Assembly (NCBI RefSeq): GCF_000175255.2
Contig: NC_017262.1
Location: 750,001-782,000, forward strand
Reading direction: 5' to 3'
From: Zymomonas mobilis subsp. mobilis ATCC 10988
Lineage (GTDB): Bacteria; Pseudomonadota; Alphaproteobacteria; Sphingomonadales; Sphingomonadaceae
DNA length: 32,000 nucleotides
A program made the position numbers and the translations under genes. Position 1 is the first letter of the stretch, and each line of letters begins with the position of its first letter. The notes under the pieces are model-generated. The model did no database searches. It was not told the DNA's origin and was given only the letters and a program-made list of their open reading frames with translations. Shown one piece after another: positions 1 to 7,805 of the stretch.

Positions 1-303
1 GTCCGAGCCGAACATTTAATGCATGGTAAGACCTCTTCTATCCACCATGATGATAGCGGCCTTTTTGCAGGCCTGCCCTCTCCACTGACAGCCACACGCT
101 ATCACTCTTTAGTCGTGGACAAGAAAAATTTTCCTTCCGAACTGGTCGTGAATGCATGGGATGAAGACGGCACTATCATGGGATTAAGGCATAAAAGCCT
201 TCCGATCCACGGCTTACAATTCCATCCTGAAAGTATTGCCACCGATTTTGGGCATGAAATGCTTGGTAATTTCATCAAAATTGCGCAAGAAAATAATCAA
301 TAA
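1..303 (+). CDS. trpG: Anthranilate synthase component II (glutamine amidotransferase), C-terminal part; start lies before the window
   Basis: Open frame from base 1 to TAA at 301-303. Protein has the class I GATase C-terminal pattern 'YHSLVV...[19 protein letters not shown]' and lies just upstream of trpD. Confidence 0.9.
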   Translation, partial: VRAEHLMHGKTSSIHHDDSGLFAGLPSPLTATRYHSLVVDKKNFPSELVVNAWDEDGTIMGLRHKSLPIHGLQFHPESIATDFGHEMLGNFIKIAQENNQ

Positions 304-329
304 CGACGGCTGAATAGCAGGGCTTTTTT

Positions 330-1355
330 ATGACATCCGTTCTTCCAGACCCGACCCGCCCCCTTAGCTTCGACGAAGCCAGAAAAACATTCGGAGAAAT
401 CCTTGATGGCTTCTATGATAAGGATGATCTTGCAGCTTTCCTTATCGCCATGTCTAAAAGAGGCGAAAGCGGTGCTGAAATTGCTGGCGCAGCCAAAGCT
501 GCCATTGAAAGAATGGTCACAATCAAGGCACCGGAAGATACTATTGATGTTTGCGGGACGGGTGGCGATGGCCAAAACAGCCTGAATATTTCAACCGCCG
601 TTTCTCTTGTCGTTGCCGCCACTCATATTCCCGTAGCCAAGCATGGAAACAGAGCCTCTTCCAGTATGGCAGGGGCTGCTGATACATTGGAGGCCTTGGG
701 TGTCAAAATAGACCTTACTCCCAAGCAGGCAGAACACTGCCTGAAAGAAACCGGCATCACTTTTCTTTTTGCGCCAACCTATCATCCTGCCTTGGTCGAG
801 CTTGCACCTTTGCGACGCAAAATAGGCCAGCCTACGATTTTCAATCTGATCGGGCCTCTCGCCAATCCCGCACAAGTCAGCCGTCAACTTATCGGCTTAG
901 CCTCGCCGCGCTATTTTGATGCCTATAGCGAAGCTATTAGCCTCCTTGGTCTGGATACCGTTTTGCTGGTTTCCGGCGACGATCCCTTGGACGAGGTCTC
1001 AATCAGCAAAAGCAGCACCGCATTAATGATCCGTAAGAATGAAAATCCCAACAGTGGATTACCCGCAGGTCGGATACGGATAAAACCTGCCGATGTTAAC
1101 CTTGATACCCACCCGATCAGCAGTATTCGGGGTGGTAATGCAGACTACAACGCCCAAGCCTTATTAGATCTCTTGGCAGGTAAAGCCTCGGCCTATCGCG
1201 ATGCCGTTCTAATCAATGCAGCGGGCGCGCTGATTGTTGCTGAAAAATGCTGGGACTGGGATGACGGCGTTAATGTCGCCTCAAATGTCATAGATAGTGG
1301 ACGTGCCAGTCAAGTTTTCGAGGCATGGAAGAAATTTTCCCAGAATCTCCGCTAA
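330..1355 (+). CDS. trpD: Anthranilate phosphoribosyltransferase
   Basis: 341 aa ORF with the conserved 'DVCGTGGDGQNSLNISTAVS' PRPP-binding segment, 'VAKHGNRASSSMAGAAD' and 'FNLIGPLANPA'. Confidence 0.96.
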   Translation: MTSVLPDPTRPLSFDEARKTFGEILDGFYDKDDLAAFLIAMSKRGESGAEIAGAAKAAIERMVTIKAPEDTIDVCGTGGDGQNSLNISTAVSLVVAATHIPVAKHGNRASSSMAGAADTLEALGVKIDLTPKQAEHCLKETGITFLFAPTYHPALVELAPLRRKIGQPTIFNLIGPLANPAQVSRQLIGLASPRYFDAYSEAISLLGLDTVLLVSGDDPLDEVSISKSSTALMIRKNENPNSGLPAGRIRIKPADVNLDTHPISSIRGGNADYNAQALLDLLAGKASAYRDAVLINAAGALIVAEKCWDWDDGVNVASNVIDSGRASQVFEAWKKFSQNLR

Positions 1356-1423
1356 AATAGCCGCTAACGAATGGGGCAAAAGAACGGCTCATCTATTGAC
1401 AGTTAGATGGATGTTTCCTACAC

Positions 1424-1438
1424 GTTCTATATCTGTTC
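1424..1438 (+). promoter_or_regulatory. Predicted LexA (SOS) box GTTC-N7-GTTC upstream of lexA
   Basis: Sequence GTTC TATATCT GTTC matches the alphaproteobacterial LexA operator; located about 80 bp before the lexA start, downstream of a TTGACA hexamer at 1396-1401. Confidence 0.85.
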
Positions 1439-1520
1439 CAACAGAATCATGAAGCCTGTCTTATAAAAGATGAGGAAACACGCCCCTTCGTTAGCGGGCC
1501 TTTGACGGAAGATTGCGGCT

Positions 1521-2174
1521 ATGCTGACGCGCAAGCAACATGATTTGCTTCTTTTTATCCACAACCGGCTCAGCGTATCAGGTATTTCACCTTCTTTTGA
1601 AGAAATGAAACTCGCCCTTGATCTCAAATCGAAATCAGGGATTCACCGCCTTATCAAGGCTCTGGAAGAGCGAGGCTTTATCCGCCGATTACCTAATCGC
1701 GCACGGGCATTGGAAGTGATCCGTTTGCCAGAAGATAAAACGGAAATTCAAAAAAAAATTTCTCGGGATTATACGCCCCCGAAAGCGGATAATGATGTTA
1801 TCGAGATCCCGCTTCATGGCAGAATTGCTGCTGGTTTACCGATAGAAGCTCTGGAAGGCCAATCCCATCTGGCTGTCCCACCAAGCTATCTTGGAAGCGG
1901 TGCCCATTACGCCCTAGAGGTCGCCGGAGATTCCATGGTCGATGCCGGTATTTTTGATGGCGATTATATTATCGTTCGTCAAACCGATGAAGCTCATGAA
2001 GGTGAAATCGTGGTTGCCTTAATTGATAACAGCGATGCGACTTTAAAATATTTCCACCGTGAAGGTCGAATGGTTCGACTGGACCCTGCCAATCGTGCCT
2101 ATGCACCGATGCGTTATGATGCCAGTAGAATTGGCATCCAAGGTCGGTTAGTGGGCTTATTACGGCGCTATTAA
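1521..2174 (+). CDS. lexA: LexA SOS repressor / autopeptidase (S24 family)
   Basis: 217 aa ORF '[29 protein letters not shown]', Ala-Gly cleavage context '[11 protein letters not shown]', catalytic Ser in '[11 protein letters not shown]' and Lys in '[10 protein letters not shown]'. Confidence 0.95.
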   Translation: MLTRKQHDLLLFIHNRLSVSGISPSFEEMKLALDLKSKSGIHRLIKALEERGFIRRLPNRARALEVIRLPEDKTEIQKKISRDYTPPKADNDVIEIPLHGRIAAGLPIEALEGQSHLAVPPSYLGSGAHYALEVAGDSMVDAGIFDGDYIIVRQTDEAHEGEIVVALIDNSDATLKYFHREGRMVRLDPANRAYAPMRYDASRIGIQGRLVGLLRRY

Positions 2175-2187
2175 GTAAATCTTTTTA

Positions 2188-2211
2188 ATAGCGGTTTTTG
2201 ACAACCGCTAT
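2188..2211. terminator. Hairpin between convergent lexA and prfB (ATAGCGGTT / AACCGCTAT), probable bidirectional terminator
   Basis: Perfect 9-bp inverted repeat with 6-nt loop, with A/T-rich flanks on both sides, in the convergent intergenic gap. Confidence 0.6.
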
Positions 2212-2226
2212 CAAAAATTTTGTTCT

Positions 2227-3354
2227 CTATTCTACATCTTCGACTTCAACGGTTTCGCCTGTAATCCGTTGCGCCAAAGCCGCAGCAATAAAGGCATCCA
2301 AATTACCATCCAGCACATCAGCCGGAGCCGTCGAAGTAATGCCAGTTCGTAAATCTTTTACCAGCTGATAAGGTTGCAAGACATAAGAACGGATCTGATG
2401 CCCCCATCCGATTTCACTCTTGGCAGCATAACCGGCACTGGCTTCAGCTTCACGAATTTGTAATTCGCGTTCATAAAGGCGCGCCTTCAACTGCTTCATC
2501 GCTTCGGCACGGTTCTTATGCTGGGAACGCTGGTTCTGGCAGGCAACGACAATACCCGTCGGCATATGGGTAATACGAACGGCAGAATCCGTCGTGTTCA
2601 CATGCTGACCACCGGCACCCGATGAACGATAGGTATCAATTTTTAAATCTTTATCCAAAACTTCGATATCAATATCGTCATCTACCACAGGGTAAACAGC
2701 AACAGAAGCAAAGCTGGTGTGACGACGTGCGTTACTATCGAAAGGTGAAATGCGCACCAGACGATGCACCCCGTTTTCGGTCTTGGCATAGCCATAGGCA
2801 CTTTCGCCTTTGACCAATAGGGTTGCTGATTTAATACCGGCCTGTTCTCCGGCATGATAGTCAACCAATTCGACCTTGAAGCCTTGGCGTTCAGCCCAAC
2901 GCTGATACATCCGACTAAGCATTTCTGCCCAATCCTGACTTTCAGTGCCACCGGCTCCGGCATTGACTTCAATATAGGTATCATTGCCATCGGCTTCACC
3001 AGACAGCAAAGCTTTGACTTTGTCACGATCGGCGCGCTCAGCAAGGCTTTCCAGTGCAGAAATGGCATCCTGCACCATTTCCTCTTCACCTTCTGCCTCG
3101 GCCATCTCGATCAGCTCGATATTTTCCTGAAGCTCTGTCGCAATAGCACGCGTGGCCGCAATGGACTCATCCAAGCGTCCTCTTTCGCGCATCACTTCTT
3201 GCGCCGCGCGGGCATCATCCCAAAGGCTGGGGTCTTCGACGCGGGCGTTCAATTCATCCAGCCGCCGCAAGGCTCTATCCCAGTCGAGGAAGCGCCTAAG
3301 CAGCGCCAAAGATTCTTGAATATGGTCGACATGGGCTTGCGCTTCGGCGCGCAT
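2227..3354 (-). CDS. prfB: Peptide chain release factor 2
   Basis: Protein contains 'GAGGTESQDWAEMLSRMYQRWAERQG' and the GGQ motif 'SSGAGGQHVNTTDSAVRITH'. The track ORF extends to 3411; I prefer the internal Met 'MRAEAQAHVDHIQ' at 3354. Confidence 0.95.
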   Translation of the reverse strand: MRAEAQAHVDHIQESLALLRRFLDWDRALRRLDELNARVEDPSLWDDARAAQEVMRERGRLDESIAATRAIATELQENIELIEMAEAEGEEEMVQDAISALESLAERADRDKVKALLSGEADGNDTYIEVNAGAGGTESQDWAEMLSRMYQRWAERQGFKVELVDYHAGEQAGIKSATLLVKGESAYGYAKTENGVHRLVRISPFDSNARRHTSFASVAVYPVVDDDIDIEVLDKDLKIDTYRSSGAGGQHVNTTDSAVRITHMPTGIVVACQNQRSQHKNRAEAMKQLKARLYERELQIREAEASAGYAAKSEIGWGHQIRSYVLQPYQLVKDLRTGITSTAPADVLDGNLDAFIAAALAQRITGETVEVEDVE

Positions 3355-3464
3355 AATCATCCCTTTCTGAATGAGAAAACAGCCTATCAAACAAGGCCGA
3401 TCAAAATACATTATTCGGATCAGACGATAAAAACTGACCAGCTAGGCTTCTAATAGATTTAACC

Positions 3465-6044
3465 TCACTTCTGCAAGCTACTGCGATCATTTGGATGCGG
3501 AAGATTAACAGGAGGAGCCACAGGCTGAGCTTTGACAGCCTCACTTTTATGGCTGTCATCGGTCGTATTATTGGGAACAGGCGTAACGGCTGCCGCAACA
3601 ACCGCAGGTCGATAGAAACTCCGACGCGGCTCATTATCGGGTTTAAAAGCCTCCCATATAATCGGACTCATCGGATCGGCAGGATTGACGGGCGCAGAAC
3701 CATAGATCCGCAAACCTGAATAGCGATCTATTTTTACCATATGAATATCAGGTGCCACCGGAAAAGGTTTCACAGGCATCTCTGTCATACTGCGCTGGGC
3801 AAATTGTTTAAAAATCGGGGCAGCTACAGTACCCCCTTGGGCGCTATGTCCCATCGAACGGGGACGATCATAACCGACATAAAGCCCTGCGACCAAATCC
3901 GCAGATCCGCCAACAAACCAGACATTGGTCGGCCCTGTCGAGGTGCCAGTCTTACCAAACATGGGACGCCCCAAATCCCGCAAGATCGCGGCAGTTCCTC
4001 GTTGAACAACCCCTTCTAAGATATGCAGCATCTGATAAGCCGTCATCGCATTGATCGCCTGCCCATTGGTATGATGCGGCCTCGGCATGGGTTGACCATC
4101 CCATTCTGGCAGATTGCATCCGCTGCATATCCGGTCATCCGATTTATAAATAACCTTCCCATTCCGATCTTGGACGTAATCAATCAAACTCGGATGCAAG
4201 CGCCGCCCTTGATTGGCTAACATCGAATAACCATTGGTGAGGCGCATAACAGTGGTATTGCCCGCGCCCAAAGCGATGCCCAATACCGGTGGATAAGGAT
4301 GCCCCGGCGGATTGATTTCGGCTTTTTCGGCCATTTTGACGACATGCGCCATTCCTGTCTGGGCGGCCGCTCTCACCGTCATCAAATTTCGGGATTGCTC
4401 AACACCCCAACGCATTGTCTGGGGGCCCGAATAACCACCGGAAAAGTTACGAAAACATTTCATACCCAAACGAGCAGATTGATAGACGCAGAAAGGGCCA
4501 TCAACAATGATAGAGGCCGGTGTCATACCGTGATCCAAAGCCGCTGAATAAACAAAAGGCTTAAAGGTGGATCCCGGTTGTCTTTCGGCTTGGGTGGCGC
4601 GGTTAAAATCCCCGTTCCGGTAGTCAAATCCTCCCTGCATTGCCATGACTCGGCCTGTATGGGGGTCTTCTACCACCATGCCGCCGGAAACAGCGGGAAG
4701 GCTACGTAATATCCAAAAATTGTCGATTTTCTTGACGATAATAATATCGCCTTCATGCAAAAACCGCCATGCCGAGGTTTCAGTATCATGGCGCGGCATC
4801 GCTGCCCCCCATGGATAAAGATAATCTTCCTGACCATCTTCAAAGCCAATTTTGGCGCGACCATTTTCTTTTTCTAGGATAACAGCCGCATACCAATCCG
4901 CATAACCGGTGCCGATATTGGCAGCGATCAGCCGTTCTTGCCACCCCTCACCTGGATCAATATTCCCGACGCGTCCATTCCAACCATGATCCCGTTCAAA
5001 ACGAACAAAGCCATCCCTTAAGGCGGTTTCGGCGGATTCCTGAAGCGCAGGATCAAAAGAGGTTCTAACCCATAACCCACCGGAATAAACGTTATTCTCG
5101 CCGTCTTTGGCACTCTCGCCAAAACGGTTCACCAATTCCCGCCGCACTTCTTCAAGAAAATAGCCCCCCTTAACAGGAGCTTTAGCGATAATATGCGGCT
5201 TAATAACACCCAAAGGCGTTTGACTAGCCTCGGTATATTGAAAGGCAGTAATATAGCCATTCAACATCATCTGATGCAGGACATAAGCACGCCGTCCCAA
5301 AGCGCGCTCCATATAGCGTTCAGGGGTATAATTGGACGGTGCTTTTGGCAGAATGGCTAAAAAAGCCGCTTCCGGTAAAGACAGATCTTTCACTGTTTTT
5401 CCGAAATAGGCTTTAGCAGCGGCACTGACACCATAGGCATTCCGCCCTAAAAAAATCTGATTGAGATAAATTTCTAGAATCTGGCGCTTCGTTAACAGAT
5501 GCTCGATCTGGAAAGCCAAAAGAGCTTCTTTGACTTTGCGGGTCGGGGAATATTCATCCCCTACCAATAAATTCTTGGCTACCTGCTGGGTAATGGTAGA
5601 ACCGCCATGGGCGCGTTCTCCACTGCCCATTTTGGTAAAATATTCATACACGGCTTTTAAGAAGGCAGCGCCATTGATCCCGTGATGGGAAAAGAAGGAT
5701 TTATCTTCTGCCGATAAAAAAGCCTGAATAACCACAGGCGGGAAATCTTCATAATTCAGCTTTTCACGATGTTCGCGAACAAAATGACCAAAGGGCATCC
5801 CATTGCCATCGCGCACAACCGCCGGCATCGGCAAATGATAATCAGCCAGCATTTCAACTGATGGTAAATCTCGGATAAAATACCGCCAGAACAGAAAGCC
5901 GGAAAAAGAGCAGCCGACAACCAACAACAGAAAGAAAGACCGAAAAATCTTTCCATGCCAAAATCGTTTAACAGACATTTTTTTCTGTATTTTCTGTTTT
6001 TTTCGCTGCGATGTTGTCCCCCTTATTTTTAAGGGATCAGACAT
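3465..6044 (-). CDS. mrcA: Penicillin-binding protein 1A family, bifunctional glycosyltransferase / transpeptidase
   Basis: 859 aa; N-terminal TM; GT51 motifs 'SAEDKSFFSHHG', 'GGSTITQQVAKNLL'; transpeptidase motifs 'GSTFKP' (SxxK) and 'FGKTGTST' (KTG). Confidence 0.93.
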   Translation of the reverse strand: MSDPLKIRGTTSQRKKQKIQKKMSVKRFWHGKIFRSFFLLLVVGCSFSGFLFWRYFIRDLPSVEMLADYHLPMPAVVRDGNGMPFGHFVREHREKLNYEDFPPVVIQAFLSAEDKSFFSHHGINGAAFLKAVYEYFTKMGSGERAHGGSTITQQVAKNLLVGDEYSPTRKVKEALLAFQIEHLLTKRQILEIYLNQIFLGRNAYGVSAAAKAYFGKTVKDLSLPEAAFLAILPKAPSNYTPERYMERALGRRAYVLHQMMLNGYITAFQYTEASQTPLGVIKPHIIAKAPVKGGYFLEEVRRELVNRFGESAKDGENNVYSGGLWVRTSFDPALQESAETALRDGFVRFERDHGWNGRVGNIDPGEGWQERLIAANIGTGYADWYAAVILEKENGRAKIGFEDGQEDYLYPWGAAMPRHDTETSAWRFLHEGDIIIVKKIDNFWILRSLPAVSGGMVVEDPHTGRVMAMQGGFDYRNGDFNRATQAERQPGSTFKPFVYSAALDHGMTPASIIVDGPFCVYQSARLGMKCFRNFSGGYSGPQTMRWGVEQSRNLMTVRAAAQTGMAHVVKMAEKAEINPPGHPYPPVLGIALGAGNTTVMRLTNGYSMLANQGRRLHPSLIDYVQDRNGKVIYKSDDRICSGCNLPEWDGQPMPRPHHTNGQAINAMTAYQMLHILEGVVQRGTAAILRDLGRPMFGKTGTSTGPTNVWFVGGSADLVAGLYVGYDRPRSMGHSAQGGTVAAPIFKQFAQRSMTEMPVKPFPVAPDIHMVKIDRYSGLRIYGSAPVNPADPMSPIIWEAFKPDNEPRRSFYRPAVVAAAVTPVPNNTTDDSHKSEAVKAQPVAPPVNLPHPNDRSSLQK

Positions 6045-6255
6045 TGTTAAATTTCCAATGGCGGAGAATATTCCAGCCTATTTTTGAAGAAAGATAGAAA
6101 TAATATCTTTGCCAGAAAGAAGCAAAAACCTTTTTCAACAAAAGATGATATGGGACATCTTTTTCTTTGTTGTTATCGGTATCTGCCATATCCGTCCATT
6201 TACCTTATTTGGAAATCATTTATAAAAAAACTGTTTTTTAGACCATATCTGATAT

Positions 6256-7275
6256 TTATCTTTTTATTTTCCTTGTAACGATTTTTTCTTTCGACCTATC
6301 CGGTTTCAAATCAGAAACTTCTGCCAATCGCGCTAATCGTCGGGCAAAATAAATTTCAATCGCACGTCTGACCCCCAAAGCCAGATTTTCGCGATATCCC
6401 CGCGAAAAAAGACGCGCTGCTTCCACAGGATTGGAGATATAACCTGTTTCCATAAGAACAGAAGGCACATCCGGTGCTTTTAAAACGACAAAGCCCGCAA
6501 AGCGATGGTAATGACTACGAAAAGGGATTCTATCCTGCAATTCTCTTTGTAAAAGCGACGCAAAAGACACAGAAGCATTCATCGTTTCACGACGGGTCAA
6601 ATCATAAAGAATAGATTTTACTTCACTATTCTGATTTCTCAATTCTCTTGAACCCGAAATATCGGCCTGATTTTCTCTAGCCGCCAAGCGTGCTGCAATC
6701 TTGTCCGAGGCGACTTCCGACAAAGTATAAATGGTTGCCCCATGCGGATTCCCGACAGCCGCACTATCCGCATGAATAGAAATAAGAAGATCAGCATTCA
6801 TCCGCCGCCCGATTTCTCTTCGGGTCACCAAAGGCAAAAAACGGTCATCTTCGCGCGTCAATGCCACTCTAACCCGCCCCGACCGGATAAGGGCATCCCG
6901 AATGGCAAGACCAATCGCCAAAGTCACTTCTTTTTCTCGCAACCGTCCATCGCGAGAGGAAGAGCCGGGGTCATGCCCTCCATGACCGGGATCAATCAAG
7001 ACTAAAGGACGACCGGAAACCCGCGCCCCATAGATGCGAGGCATTGATGGAGCAGAACCAGATTCACGCGCGATGGGTATCCGAACCGGTTTTGCCATCG
7101 GCACAACTGCAGCCCAAGACTCATGAGATACGAAAAACAAAAAAAAGATAATCGAACCAAAAGGCTTTTTTTTCAAAAATTTCAGCTTAAAACCCTCGAC
7201 CATGCCTTTAAGATATTTAACAGTTACAGCTCCCTCTCTGTAAAAAAGGGTCTTTTTTCTTTTCGGATACGCCAT
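6256..7275 (-). CDS. N-acetylmuramoyl-L-alanine amidase (Amidase_3, AmiC-like)
   Basis: 'VLIDPGHGGHDPGSSSRDGRLREKEVTLAIG', 'LLISIHADSA', 'PSVLMETGYISNPVEAARL' are Amidase_3 zinc-binding and catalytic motifs. Confidence 0.93.
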   Translation of the reverse strand: MAYPKRKKTLFYREGAVTVKYLKGMVEGFKLKFLKKKPFGSIIFFLFFVSHESWAAVVPMAKPVRIPIARESGSAPSMPRIYGARVSGRPLVLIDPGHGGHDPGSSSRDGRLREKEVTLAIGLAIRDALIRSGRVRVALTREDDRFLPLVTRREIGRRMNADLLISIHADSAAVGNPHGATIYTLSEVASDKIAARLAARENQADISGSRELRNQNSEVKSILYDLTRRETMNASVSFASLLQRELQDRIPFRSHYHRFAGFVVLKAPDVPSVLMETGYISNPVEAARLFSRGYRENLALGVRRAIEIYFARRLARLAEVSDLKPDRSKEKIVTRKIKR

Positions 7276-7805
7276 TTTAACCGATTACCCTTGTTAGAAG
7301 GACTGTGACCAGCCAGAAAAACGCTCATTTTTAAAAAAACATTTTTAGAGCGCAAGCTATTGATATTTATATTTTCCCCCATAAAGGATAAGCTCATCCC
7401 ACAAGTTGAACAGCAACCATTGCGTCTGACGTAAAGCGATGGTAGCGAATCAATGAAGAGAACAGGAAAAATTTGGTTCAAAAAACGGAATCGCTTCTGC
7501 CTCTCGCTATTACTACTTTATTGAATGATATCTATTTGTGTTTCCGGATCGAAAGCATCGATGCACGCCGCTGTTTTAAGCCTGCCCCATTCCGATAAGG
7601 CAGGGCCCGCTGCAGCTAAGACCTTCCGCGCTTGTAACAGCGCCGATACTAGCCGCGCGGCCTTTCAGTGCTGTTGTTCATGGCTGACCTCTCAGGTCGG
7701 CGCTGGATCCTGTTTCTCAGATGACGACTCTATTTTAGATAATATTATTATTACTCGCGCGCCCTTTGTCCTAAAAGAATTGTGCAGCGCGACGGAGATT
7801 TTTGA

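Noticed and set aside
2227-3411. Programmed +1 frameshift in prfB
   Set aside because: The release factor reads in one continuous frame; no in-frame stop or CUU-UGA slip site is seen near the N-terminus.
6084-6278. 64-aa plus-strand ORF between PBP1A and amidase genes
   Set aside because: Compositionally biased (Phe/Lys/Leu from AT-rich DNA), no RBS or homology features I could support.
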